From NCBI GenBank assembly GCA_004431415.1, contig QPMI01000109.1:62001-126000 (forward strand): DNA of 64,000 nucleotides, written 5' to 3'. A model generated the notes under the pieces. It was not told where the DNA came from and made no database searches. It worked only from the letters and a program-made list of their open reading frames with translations. This DNA is from Cyanophora paradoxa CCMP329. Its lineage: Eukaryota > Plantae > Glaucophyta. Position numbers and translations under genes: made by a program. This document shows, in pieces, positions 1 to 11,492 of the stretch. The first letter of the stretch is position 1, and each line of letters begins with the position of its first letter.

Positions 1-3000
1 GGAGGCGGAGAGGCCACGAGCTGCGTGCGATGCGCAAATCCTGACGTGCGTCTGCTGTGCGATGGCAGCTGCAGCTGCAGTCGCGAAACGCATTTGTGCG
101 GATCCTGATGTTGGATGCTGGCGCACATGCGATTGCAGATTTCCGCCGCGATTGTCTTTTTCAGTGTAGTTCTTATTATCGTGGCCGCTGGCGTAATGTC
201 GTGGTTTGCAATTCGATCTGCCTTTACGTGAGTGACTGCCATTTACATGTCGACGTCCCCAGTGGGCCGACCTGACATGGATTCCGTTCGCAGTACTTCC
301 TCTCAAGTTTCCGTCATCCTCCGCATCCTTATCAACCACCTTCAGTGCCCTATATTTTATTCGACGTGCTGCAATTGCACGGGCGCGCGGTGTTCTGAAG
401 CTTTTGCGCATGCCTCCCTCAGATTCAATAGCTTCGTGCAATCAATCCCGCTTCGGTGGCCAGAGGTGATCGCCCGCATCCTCCGCATCGGCGGCTCCGC
501 AAACAGTCCGTTCACGTCGACATTCCGCATACTTAGCGTCTCGACTACAAGCCTCTGAGCGGACGTCGCGTGTCCGCAGATCCCATGGACGCATTCATCT
601 CAATCGACTGCATCATGGCCGAGCGGCCGGTGAGGCACTGTTAGACGCGGTCTCGATCGTGAATTCAAACGGGTTGATCATACTTGTGATTTAACACGCA
701 GTACCAACGCGAGCTGGTGTACTTTTACAAAGGTTCGCGTACTTTCACGAGTATGATAATGAGTTCAGTTGATCACATCTTAAAGCCGAACTAAGAAGCC
801 CGCACGTGAATCAGCTGCGGGATATCTCTTTCTGCCTCTCCTTGCCATCAGTCTGGTGCGGCAATCCGCCATATAGCTACGTAGCTAGACCTGCTTGCGT
901 TCGAAGCTGAAGTGCTTATATCTTTTCATTTTTGAAGCCTGTGGTTGCCGTGTCGATCATGGCCTGGTTTTCAGTCTTCCGTGCACGACGGGAAGCTCGG
1001 CGTTCAAGTTGTGACCTGAGCCAGTGCGCGCAATCGCCCGTATTCTTGTGTTCGAATTCGAGCTGTGATGCCTCCCGCCCGCCCAGGGGTACCGGCACCC
1101 CTGGTCCCAAGTCAAACTCAATGAAGCCGCTGAATTCGATGCATTCAAAAGTCAGTCCCGCGGCATCGGTATCAGACCACACAGTTGCAGCATGCGCAGA
1201 TCTAGACGACGCCAGCTTAAGACAAGACGGCCCCACGAACATTGCCCGGAAGCGCCGGCTGGAGGTGCCCTCTACTTCACCTATCGTTTTTGTATGGGTC
1301 CACCTATCTATATATATATATATCTAGATTTATGCTTGTTTCCGGGTATAAATATTTCAATTTGCATCCGGACACAAAAATTTAGTCGCCTTCGCAGCGG
1401 TCTGACAGCACATTGTCTTTGATTGCGAGGCGGGTTTCGCAAACGGTGTGGCCACATCGCGAAGTGTGAGTCCTGTTTACATTCAATGCCAGCAATAGCT
1501 GTGGCGCTATTCGTTTGTTACATTTTCAGCGTCGCCCTGCAGCTGGATGCAGTCATTGAGACACGCACACTCGGCTCGCAGGAATTCGAGTTCGACCTTC
1601 ACGGCCCTCCGACAGCCTAGCCTTGTCGGCATCATCTCTCCTTCTCAACGCTTCGAGCCTTCGTGGCCTGATTATTACGTCGTCATAACGATGGTCTCTA
1701 TTTTCCTGGTGATCACGTGCATGGTTTCCGTCCTCTTGCTGGCATTTTTTGCGGCTCTCATTATCACTACAACCGTTGACGTGCACATCTCATGCTGCGT
1801 GCACGTGCACGTAGGTCTTTCCGATGGTCGCGGCCAAGGCACTGGACATCTTCCGCTGCAAGACCCTGTCCGGCGATGGATTAACCAAGTCCTTCGTTCG
1901 TAGCAGCATGAATATCCTGGTGAGGCCTGGCCGGACGAATTAGAATTCGAGGCTGTGCATGTCACGCATGTGATCATCTATGCGCGCACAGTGCTTCTCG
2001 GACGAGCACAAGAGCTGGCTTGCGTCAGTGGGAGCGCCGGGCGTCATTCTCATTGTTGTCGGCGTCCCCGTTACTGCGTCCGCTGTTGTCGTTGCCGGGC
2101 GCAAGGAGCGCTACAGGAATCCAACTTTCGCGTTCCGCTTTGGGTCAGCGAGTTTGAACTCGATCGCGAGTCGAATTAACGAAGGCAAACTTCGACAACA
2201 GGTTCTTGCTTCAAGGGTATCAGTCACGATTCTATGGATGGGAAGTGGTGCAGATTTGGCGGAAGGTTTGCGATGACGGGCCGGCGCCCTTCTTATATAT
2301 CACAACAGCAATTTAAGCGATGGTCGCCTGCTTCCAACGTTAGAGGTTTACGCGCCTGTTTGGCTCAGATTGTCGTAATTGTGGCGTCGGTTTTCTTGGC
2401 AGACTCTCCTGACGAACTGGTGCGTATATACTTCAGCATTATGAACATGATCAGATCGCACATGCTGCTCCCCAGTCATGCATGCGCATGCGTTCATTCA
2501 AGCACTGATAAACGGCTTGCAGGCCCTCGTCGCTTTGGCATTCTTCATTGTCAACGCTTACGTCGATCTCTACGTTCGGCCGTTCCGCGTGCGCATGCGC
2601 GTCGCATCATAAAATTAGTCGATCAAAACTCCAACAGGATGCCGTTCTGAACACGATCAACCTGACATCGTGGGCCGTAAACCTCCTCACCATCTACTGT
2701 GGCTTAGGTAAGAGTTTACCATCTATTGCTTTCATCGCTGTTTCATACTTACTATTATAATACCGCTTAGTTTACCGCAACATTTCGTCCGCTTCAGACT
2801 CGGCGGTTCGTCTATGATCTGAAGGCCCCACTCCAGTCCCCGTCTTGTACATGTGCCTGCGGCCGCGCGAACTTACTTCCTTTCTTCTAGACGATGACGG
2901 TTACTGTTTTGGTCGCGCTGGCCAACATTGCCTTTCTCGCGCAAGTGGCGGCCACGCTTTTCCGGGCCGTCATCATTCTTGCCCTCCAAAAGGTTGCGTT

Positions 3001-4510
3001 GATTTGTTTAAATATATAAACCTCTAGCTATATATATTCGAGAACTTCAATTTTATTTGCGAATGTTCAACGAAGCGTTTTAATTTTATTCTGTTAACTG
3101 TCAGGCCGTGATTATGATCATGATCATGACTTGTGCGCCCGCAGATTCCTTTCTTCCGAAGGAACTCCGCACACAAGGCCAACATATACAGGATGCTGAG
3201 GCGAGTCGTCGCGTCGCCGAGGTGCTTCGAACGCTACCGACGCCGATCCTCGCAGGCACAAGAGCTCTGCGGGGACGGATCGGGAGTACGCGATGGCTGC
3301 GGCCGCGACGGCCGCCGCGGCAGCTGCAGCGCTCGCGGCGGGTCCGCGGCGGCCCTCGATGGTTCCCATCGCGAGCGCGTCGACTGTCGACGGAGAGGAG
3401 GAGCCTCCAGCGGCCGCGGCCAGCAGCGCACCCTCTGGACAGCTGCAGCTTCCAGTGGTGGCGCAGAGGCCCAAATCGCCAACACTGCTCGACATGTTTC
3501 ACACGGCCGAAGAAGCCAGTGCTGCCCACGTGCACGCAAGCCGGGGGCCGGATCATTTGCCCCCCAAACGCCCCGGGCAGCGCGGCCGCGCTCAGGCGGT
3601 CGGGGGCGGCCGTCGCGCGCGGCAGCCGGACCCTGTCGCTAACACCGAGAGCGAACGCGAACTCGAGAGCGGCGGCTCAAGAGAGGTGATCGCCCGCCCC
3701 CCTTCCCCGGATCCGGATCCTTCGCTGCCTAGATCTGCCTCCACATCCGGCGCTGGCGTCGTCGGTGTCGCCCCGTTAACGTTGTCGGCGCAGATGCCGG
3801 TCATCGATCTCGTCCCGCCGCTGGCGCCGGCCTCGGAGGGGCCCGAGGCGCCGGCCTCGCGATCGCGGTCGGTGGTCGACGACGACGCGTACGAGTCGTC
3901 GAGTGAGCGCGAGGAGCGTGACGGCCCCCGACAGCGGGACGCAGGCGGTCACGCCATCACCGGCAGCGGCAGCCTGCCGCATGCATATGGGCCTACGGCG
4001 GGCGATCGGTCAGAGATCGCCGCCCGCTCGAGATATGAACCTGCACCTCCAGCGAATTCGAATGTGCGTGTCCACATTGCCGACGAAGGACGGGGTCAGC
4101 CGATGGGCCTTCCATATGCATACCCTGCCATGCAGATCGAGGTCCGCCGTCCACCTATCGATTGCAGCGCTAGCCTGCCTCCGCGATATTGAGTTTCGCG
4201 CGCGGTGCCACTGCAGGTGGAAGGCGCAGGCGGCCGGGTCAACGTGTTTGTGCCTCTCGACCTTCGGGCGACGATGGGCCCCTATCCGTACGCGGACGCC
4301 GGTGCCGCCGGCGCCCGAGGGAGGCTGCCCCTGCGACCTTCCGGATCTCGCGCGGGCTCTCGTTCTCTTTCGGGGTTCTACTCTTTCGAGGACGAGGCCG
4401 ACGCGCGAGACGCGCGCGCCAGCGCTGAGCTCGAGCTCCCGGGATCCACGGGCCTCGCGATCGGCCCAGGGGCGCAGTACGCCCTGCAACTTCCGCCCGA
4501 GGAAGCGTGA
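1..4510 (+). CDS. 3' part of a large multi-pass membrane protein (protist Cys-rich ectodomain/multi-TM family) with a long low-complexity cytosolic tail; 5' end outside window
   Basis: Spliced exons read ILRILINHLQFNSFVQSIPLRWPEV, PMDAFISIDCIM, CFSDEHKSWLASVGAPGVILIVVGVP..FAFRFG, VLNTINLTSWAVNLLTIYCG; LQ...WP and SIDC motifs and hydrophobic helices are typical of this family. Tail exons at ~3250-4141 and ~4218-4510 (linkage of the tail to this gene is inferred). Confidence 0.6.
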
Positions 4511-4862
4511 TGAGAATCGTTTCATGACCAATTGCAATAGATTCTGCCCTCGCGGGGCGCCGCCGGAGTCGAGAAGAAATTGAGAAACAGCAGGCCTAGC
4601 TATAGATAGATGAGACCAAGATCTAGATCTAGCGCTAGCTAGAGCTCCAGCTCGTATCTATGATCATGACTAGTACTGCTTAGAATTCGCTTCGAATTCA
4701 CTGCTAGTACTGCTAGTCACTGAGTACTGATCATGACCGTCGGACCGGACGCACTCATGATCAACTATCGACGTTTCTAGACTTCGACATCTGCGTATAC
4801 GTATACAGCTGAATGCGCAGTCTATAGCATGATCGTGATGGCATGCTGTCGACGTTGTTTTA

Positions 4863-4969
4863 ACTAGTGGCCCGGCCGCGTTTTGGCGCGCGTGCCACTA
4901 GGACTCTTTCATTAGATCCCGGCTCCCCCCTTGCACCCCCGGCGCGACAATCGCGGCCGGGCCACCAGT
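4863..4969. mobile_element. MITE (Tourist/PIF-Harbinger-like)
   Basis: 107 bp with ~28-bp imperfect TIRs (ACTAGTGGCCCGGCCGCGTTTTGGCGCG / GGCGCGACAATCGCGGCCGGGCCACCAGT), flanked on both sides by TTA (4860-4862, 4970-4972). Confidence 0.55.
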
Positions 4970-5538
4970 TTATGATCATTTCGGACTCGTGATCATGATT
5001 AGTGTAGATGCGTTTGCGCGTGCTTTGTTGTCTTCGAACAACACAATATTATAATTCATGGGGCAATTGCAAGCGGTGGATCAAGCCGCTTGTCACTGAG
5101 TCATGAGCCTTAAGCCTGGAGCAATATCGATACCGGCCGAGATGACGGAGTCCGCGCCCAGGGGGCCGGGCCCGCTGCAATCGCAAACTGCTTCGGCTTT
5201 CTCGTCGCTTTTCGCAGGACGCCATCGTGATCGCGATCACTCCGGGGTCCCGCTGGCCGACGACGACGTCCGCTCCGCCTCCCCACTTGCAACCTCCTGT
5301 GCCCATGGCAATCTGCATGTGCCCGCCAAGTTCTCAACTCGTGATCATCGTTCCTCCGACTCTCTGCCACATTCCACTTCGCACATGTCGACCCCACACG
5401 GCATCCTCAAGTGCAAGGGCTACAGGGGGGGGGGGAGGGAGGGGGAGGGAGTGAGTACGAATACAGCAGAGCCTTTCAAAAAAAGAATCTGTGGTGGATC
5501 CGGATGCGCTCATAGCTTACAAACAAGGAAACGAGTCG

Positions 5539-8500
5539 TTACGTGTGCACGGGCGTTGGATGCACGTGGCCGCAGCCGACGTCGCCAGGGGACGGGGGCG
5601 ACTCGGGCGAGTCGACGTCGAGCGAGGGGGCGGGGCGGGGGCCGGCGAGGGCGGCGCAGCAGGCGGCGGCCGCCTCTGAGACGGCCAGCACGCGGGGGTG
5701 GTCGGGGGGGAAGAGGGCCCTGAAGCGCCCGTACTCCTGCCGCCGGCTCGGGGGCGGGCCGAGGCGGGCCGAGGCGGGGTGAGGCGGGGCGGCGCGGCGC
5801 GCACCGAGGCGGCCTGGGCGAGGGCGGCGAGGGCCTTGCCGGCCTCGCCGGCGGCGGCGTAGGCGCGCCGAGGGCGAAGAGGAGGTGCCCGAGCAGCGGC
5901 GTCCGGTTGTCCCAGTCCACCAGCAGGTGGATCGAGACGGCGACGCGGATGCCGTGCGCCAGCGTCGCCGGGTCCGCCCTGCGCCGCAGTCGCGGGGCGG
6001 CCCGGGGGCGGAGGCCGCGGCGGGGGCGGGGCGGGCGCACTGCTTGTAGTTGGAGCGGATGGCGGCCACGACGTCGGAGATGGGGCAGGCGCCGACGGCG
6101 GGGTGCGCGACGACGACCTCGACCGCGCGGCGGTAGGCCCGCACCGCCTCGCCCATGCGTCCGGCGTGGAGGAAGCCCATCGCCGCCACGAACCAGCTCG
6201 CGCACACTGGCACGCTCGCCTCGGGCGTGCACATGTTCTGCCCGGCCCCGTCGCCGGGGCGGGGCGGGGGCGGGGCGGGGGCGGCGGGGGCGGCGGGCGC
6301 ACGGAGCCGATGTCGCGCACGGCTTCGCCGTGCTTCTGGAGCAGCTCGTCCATCTGCGCGGCGCGGGGAGCCCCCCCGTCAGACGTCCCCCAGCCCCGCC
6401 CCGAACCGCGCCCCGCCCCCGCGGCCCCTGAAACGCGCGCCGCCCGGGCTCCCCTGCTCACCATCTTGAGGTCTCCCTGTTTCGCGGTGACGTGTACTGC
6501 GCGCGAGGCGGCGAAGCGCATGAGCGGGGGAAGGAACGGCGGGCGAGGGCCGCTGCGGGGCGCACTCAGGGCCTCGAGGCTCCCGAGGTGTACTGCCGTG
6601 TCCTCCGGATCGGACGATCCCTCGTACCTGCGCCGGCCCCGGCCCCCGGCCTCCGTCACCCCCGGCGCGGGGCTCGGCCCTCGCAGTGGGGCGCCGGGGC
6701 GGGGCACCAGTACAACATGCTGGCGAGCTGCGGGGCGGGTGAGAGGGGGCGGGGGCCGGGGCGGGGCGGGGGACCTTGAAGGCGTCGGGGAGGGCGTCGA
6801 GGCGGGCGAGGGCGGAGGTGAGGAAGAGGAGGGCCCGCGCCTCCGCCCGCGACGGGCTCAGTCCGTGCCGCCGCAGCACCGCCCACCTGCCGCCGCCCCC
6901 CGCCGCCCGCCCGCCCCGTGAGGCGGCCGCGCGAGGGGCGGGGCGGGGCGCGGGGCGGGGCGCACGCGTCGAACAGGGTGTCGACGGCCGCCTCGTTCTC
7001 GTGGAGCTGGAGGCGCGTGTAGGCGAAGCGCAGGAGCGCCTCGGCGTAGGCCGCCGGCTCCTCCTGCTGCCGCCCGTGCAGCGCCCGCGCCGCCAGCCGC
7101 GCCAGCTGCCGCCCGTCTCCCGTCGGCGGCCGGCGCCCGGCGGCGCGCGCTGCGGGGCGCACCGAGAGGAAGTGGCGGAGGGGCGGGACGACGAGGTCCT
7201 CCACCGACGAGCGGTGCTGGGGCCCGAGGCCTCCGCCAGCCGCCAGCACCGCTCGCACGCCTCCAGCAGCAGCGCCCCGCTCCCGCGCTCCCCCGCCGCT
7301 GCCGCAATCCTGCGCCGACCGCCTCGGGGGGGCGGCGGGGGCCGGGGCGGCGCCGGGGCGGCGCGCCCGCGGGCGGCGGCGCGGACGAGGGCGGCGAAGA
7401 TGGCGCGCTCGGGGCCGACGGAGCCGGAGGCGGCGCGCAGGCGCACGAGGGCAGCGCCCAGCTCCGCCCGCCCGCCGCCGTCCCGATGTACCGCGAGGCG
7501 AGCAGCTCGGCGCTCCCTGCCCGCCGCCCCCGCGTCGAGCCCGGCCGGCGGGCGGCGGGGAGCGGGGCGGACCGAGCAGCTCTGTCAGGCGGGAGGAGGC
7601 GAGGGGGCTCGGGCCGGGGAGCGCTTCGAGGGCGGCGACCGCCTGCGGGGCCCCGCGCGCGCGCGTGAGTCGACGCGGCGCCGGCGCGCCCGGCCGGCGG
7701 GAGCGGGCGCGCGGGCCTCGGCGACGGAGGCCTCGAAGGCGGGGCCGGCGGGGGGCATCTCCTCGTCAGGGGACCCCAGAGGCTCGGGCCCCAGCAGCGC
7801 CTCGTCCGCCGGGTCGCTGGCCGGCGGGGCGAGCGAGACGGGCGCCGAGCGCGCCCCGTCGCCCTGCGCGCAGTCGATGCGCCGTAGGAGCACCTCGGCC
7901 CCTCCAGGGCCTCGCTGCTGCCGCGCGCCCGCCGCGGGGCCGGCTCGGCGGGGCCCCCGGGGGCGCGGCCGCCTCCGGGCCCCCCTCGTCGCTCTCGAAA
8001 GCGGCGGCGGGGCGGGGCCGGCGCAGAGGCGGCGGGTCTCGAGGAAGAGGGCCTCGAGGGCGGAGATGATCGCCCGGTCCATGAACTGCATCGGCCTGCG
8101 CGGCGCCGGCGACGAGCCCGGCGCCTGCGGGCTCCCTCCGAGCCCAGCGACGCCGGCGACCCGGCCTCGCCGGCCCCGCCCCCGCCCTCTCCGCCGACTC
8201 CGAGGCGATGACGAGGAGCGAGAAGACGTCGCTGATGTCCCCGCCCGCCGCGGCCGCCGCGGCCGCCGCCGGCGGCGCGGCCGCCGCGGGAGGGAGGAAG
8301 GCCTCGGGGGCGACGCGGGGGGCGTGGGCCCGCCGCTGAGAGGGGGCGAGCGGGAGGAGAGGACGCGGCGGGCGCGGGGCGGGGCCGGGCAGCGGAGGGC
8401 GGGGGCCGGGGGTACAGGGAGCAGTCGGCGGGGAGGAGGGCGGGGTGGGGCGCGGAGGCGGGGGCGGGGAGGGGCCGGGCGGGGGCGGGGGCCCTGTTGA

Positions 8501-9761
8501 AGGTGGCGACGTGGAGGGGGCGGGCGAGGGCGGGCCCCGAGCCGTCCGCGTACTCCGCCCGCAGCTCGTAGCGCGCCGCCCGCACCCCCTGCGTGCTGCT
8601 CCCCAGCCTGCGCGCGCCCCGCCCTCAGCCCCCGCCAGCGCCCCGGCCGCCAGCGGGCGGGCCGGCGCGCCCGAACGAGTCCTCAGTGATGCCGCCGGGC
8701 CCGAACCGCAGCTCCACGCTCTCCGCCGGCGCGCCCCGCGGCTCCTGCCGGGGCGCCCGCGCCCGCTCTCCCCCCGCGACCGGCCCCAGGCGGGGGGGGG
8801 GGAGGGCAAGGGCAGGGCGCACCCCTCGCCTCGCGCTCGAGCAGAACGAAAGCAGCTGCGGCGCGATGCTCCGCTCGGGCGGGGCGGGGCGCGCAGCGGG
8901 GGGCGGGAGCGGACCCGGGGTTTCGCGGCGGCGAGCTGCGCCTGCGTCGGGCGCGCCGCCTTCTCTCCGCCAGCCGCCTCCTCTGCGATCGAAGCACGCG
9001 CCCCGTGAGGGCCCGGGAGGCGAGGGGGGGGGGGGGGGGGGCTGCCTTGCTCTTCGACGAGCACGAGGGATGCGGTGAGGAGGAAGGGGGCGCCGACGCG
9101 CGCCGCCGCCGGGGGCACGCCGAGGCTGCGGCGCCTCAGGGGGGAGGCGGGGCGGGGAGGCGGGGGCGGGGAGGAGGACCGGTAGCGGCGGGCGACGAGG
9201 AGGCGGAAGGTGGGAGGGAGGGGCCCCTCCGGGGGCCCGACAGGCTCCACCACCTCCCACACTTCCTGCCCCCCCCGTCGCCTCATCGTCGCGGGCGCGG
9301 GCGGCGCGCGGCGACGGGCCGGCGCACCCCGTTCGAGCTCGTCACCCAGCGGGGCAGGCCGATCCCGCCAGGCGCCCCGTCCACGTCGCGGCTGCGGGGG
9401 CCCCGGCGGGCGCGAGGCCGTGAGCGGACCTGGCTGGGGCGCGGGGGGGCGGGTGGGCGGGCACGGGGCGGGCAGCGCGGGGGCGGCCTTGGATCGCTTG
9501 AGACAGCGGTAGATGGCGAAGGACGCATGCGGCGGCAGCAGCTGAGCCTCCTACGGTCCCCCGTCGAGCCCGAATAAGCGGAGGGCGGGAGGGGGAGGCG
9601 GGAGGGACGCGGATCCCCTGCTCCAGCATCGTTCGCGCGCGCACCAGCGCCGACGAAGTCGCCCACGAAGGCGGCAGCTGCAGCGCTAGCGCGCCCTCGA
9701 ATTCTTCGCTCGCGCAAACGGAAACGGGACTCCAACTCGGCGACTGCATCGGCGACTGCAT
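5539..9761 (-). CDS. Multi-exon helical-repeat (TPR-like) protein, paralog A
   Basis: Exons such as QLARLAARALHGRQQEEPAAYAEALLRFAY, GRMGEAVRAYRRAVEV, PLLGHLLFALGAxYAAAGEAGKALAALAQA, EYGRFRALFPPDHPRV; the C-terminal half is homologous to 39590-41450. Contains apparent single-base frameshifts. Start approximate. Confidence 0.6.
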
Positions 9762-10451
9762 GTCTGCGGCCGTCCAGGCGCGCGCCCCTGCAGCGGAGCG
9801 CGGATCCGGAGATCAGTTGTCGATGCCGCAGCAGCCGCGAGCCGGGGGTTTCCTGCTACACTGCCCTACCGAACGACAAGCTTAACTGACCAGGTGAAGG
9901 TTTGACGTTCGGTTCCAGGAGCTCGTGAGCTGGGGGACCGCGGCGGTTAGAAGACGCCAGTCCGGACTCCGGAGCTCAGGGACCGTCGGACGCCGCCGTC
10001 ACGCCGGTGAAGGCGGCGTGCGCGCGTGACCCGCAATTGCAGAGATGGGAGACTCGGCGGCCGGCCGCCGGCGGCCGCCGGCGCCGCTCGGCCCGACTCA
10101 GGGCCTGCAGGCTACAGGATGCAGCGGCGGCGTGGGCGATCGATGGTCCGAGTCGGCGACTCGGCGTACTACCGTACTACGGTTGCAACGCACTCTCATA
10201 CACGTACTACCGGTGTAATACAGCAAAGCGTAAGAGTAATCTGTTTTCTTCGAGCGAGACCGCCCGGACTCGCCGTACGCGTGGAGTGCGGAAGGCGCCG
10301 GAAGCTCGAAGGCAGCGGGAGGCGCCGTGAGCTGCGTCAGCCTGCGTGACGCTTTCCCGGCCCCGCGTACCCCCCCTTCGGTTGGCATTTGCATATATAT
10401 TACAATATATACTGAGTCACGTTCGTACGCGTATACCCCCTTCGGTAGGCG

Positions 10452-11248
10452 ATGATCCGGTCGTCGGCGCCCGGCGGGTGCCTTGGGGCGTGCTTCTGCG
10501 CGCCGGTTCAGCCATCTCCGTCGTCTCAACGCTGGCCCGACGCCACGCGCAGCGCCCCGCACGTGACGGCGTCTGTGCGAGCACCAGTCGACCGCACGCC
10601 CGAGCGCGCGGCGCCGCAGCCCCCATCGCGGGCGGAGAGCAGCGCGGATGCGGCGCGGCGGTCCTTCGCCGGCTCCGCGGCAGCCCTGGCGGCTGCACTG
10701 GTTGTAGCTAGCTCATTCGCGGGAGGTCTGGCCGCCTCCGCGGCCGAGGAGCTGTCCTCCGGGGCATTCAACGAGACGCGCGAGAACTACATGAACCGGT
10801 GCCCCCGCCCGCCGTGCCGAGTGGCTCCGCGCGGCTGACCACGTGCCGACAGGGCCGAGAAGCAGCGGCAGCTGAGGCAGAAGCCGCCGGCCGACCAGAA
10901 GAAGAACTTGAAGTGCGTCGACCAGTGCCTGTGGTGCGCCGCCGCGCCGCGCTGCGCCGCGCTACGCCCCCCCTACTGAGCGCGCGGGGCGCAGGGCGTG
11001 CACGCGGCTGGACGAGCTGCAGGGCGGGTCCCCGCGCACGCCGGTCGCCCTGAAGAGCGGCTACCGCAGCCGGCAGTATTGCCTCCTCCGGTCCGCCCCG
11101 CGCCCTCGGCCGGCGCCCTCGGGGGCGGCGGGGCGCGAGCGGGGGCGGCAGGTGCCAGGAGGGCTGCTCCGAGCTCGACTCGGACGCGCGGGGCGCGCTC
11201 GACGGCGACGCCGCCCGCTTCCTCCAGGCCAGGCCCAAGGCCAGGTAG
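10452..11248 (+). CDS. Small Cys-rich plastid protein with a bipartite transit peptide and twin-arginine (Tat) thylakoid-lumen signal
   Basis: 4 exons with GT-AG introns. Ser/Pro/Arg-rich transit region, then ARRSFAGSAAALAAALVVASSFAGGLAASA|AEE. Mature part has CVDQCLWAC...KSGYRSRQYCLLRCQEGC. Confidence 0.7.
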
Positions 11249-11492
11249 CCCCCGCGCCCGCCCCGGCGCCCCCGCACCGCCCCCGCCCCCCGCGCGCCCG
11301 CCCTCCCGGCCCCCTTCTTTGCCCTCTTTGTTCGTACGGCCCCTGTATCCCACGTCACCATGGCACCGGATTCTCGCTCCCGAGGGCCCTGCTCTCTTCC
11401 GAAGCCCCTCGCCTCGAACCGGCCGGCTCGGACTAGATCGCGTGCGCACTGAAACAAGCGGGGGGAGGCTGCAGGTGCGGGGGCTCGGGGCC

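Noticed and set aside
5860-7240. Apparent frameshifts in TPR paralog A (~5868, ~7225) and the F-box gene (~46075) suggesting pseudogenes or programmed frameshifting
   Set aside because: They fall in G/C runs in a sequence with many long homopolymers, so assembly indel errors are more likely; needs read support.
9868-9914. Imperfect hairpin ACCGAACG...CGTTCGGT upstream of TPR paralog A
   Set aside because: No recognisable riboswitch, miRNA or snRNA motifs; could be chance.
10160-10435. Cluster of GTAC cores (CGTACTAC x3) upstream of the thylakoid gene, resembling copper-response elements
   Set aside because: GTAC and other short palindromes are common in all non-coding DNA here; no independent support.
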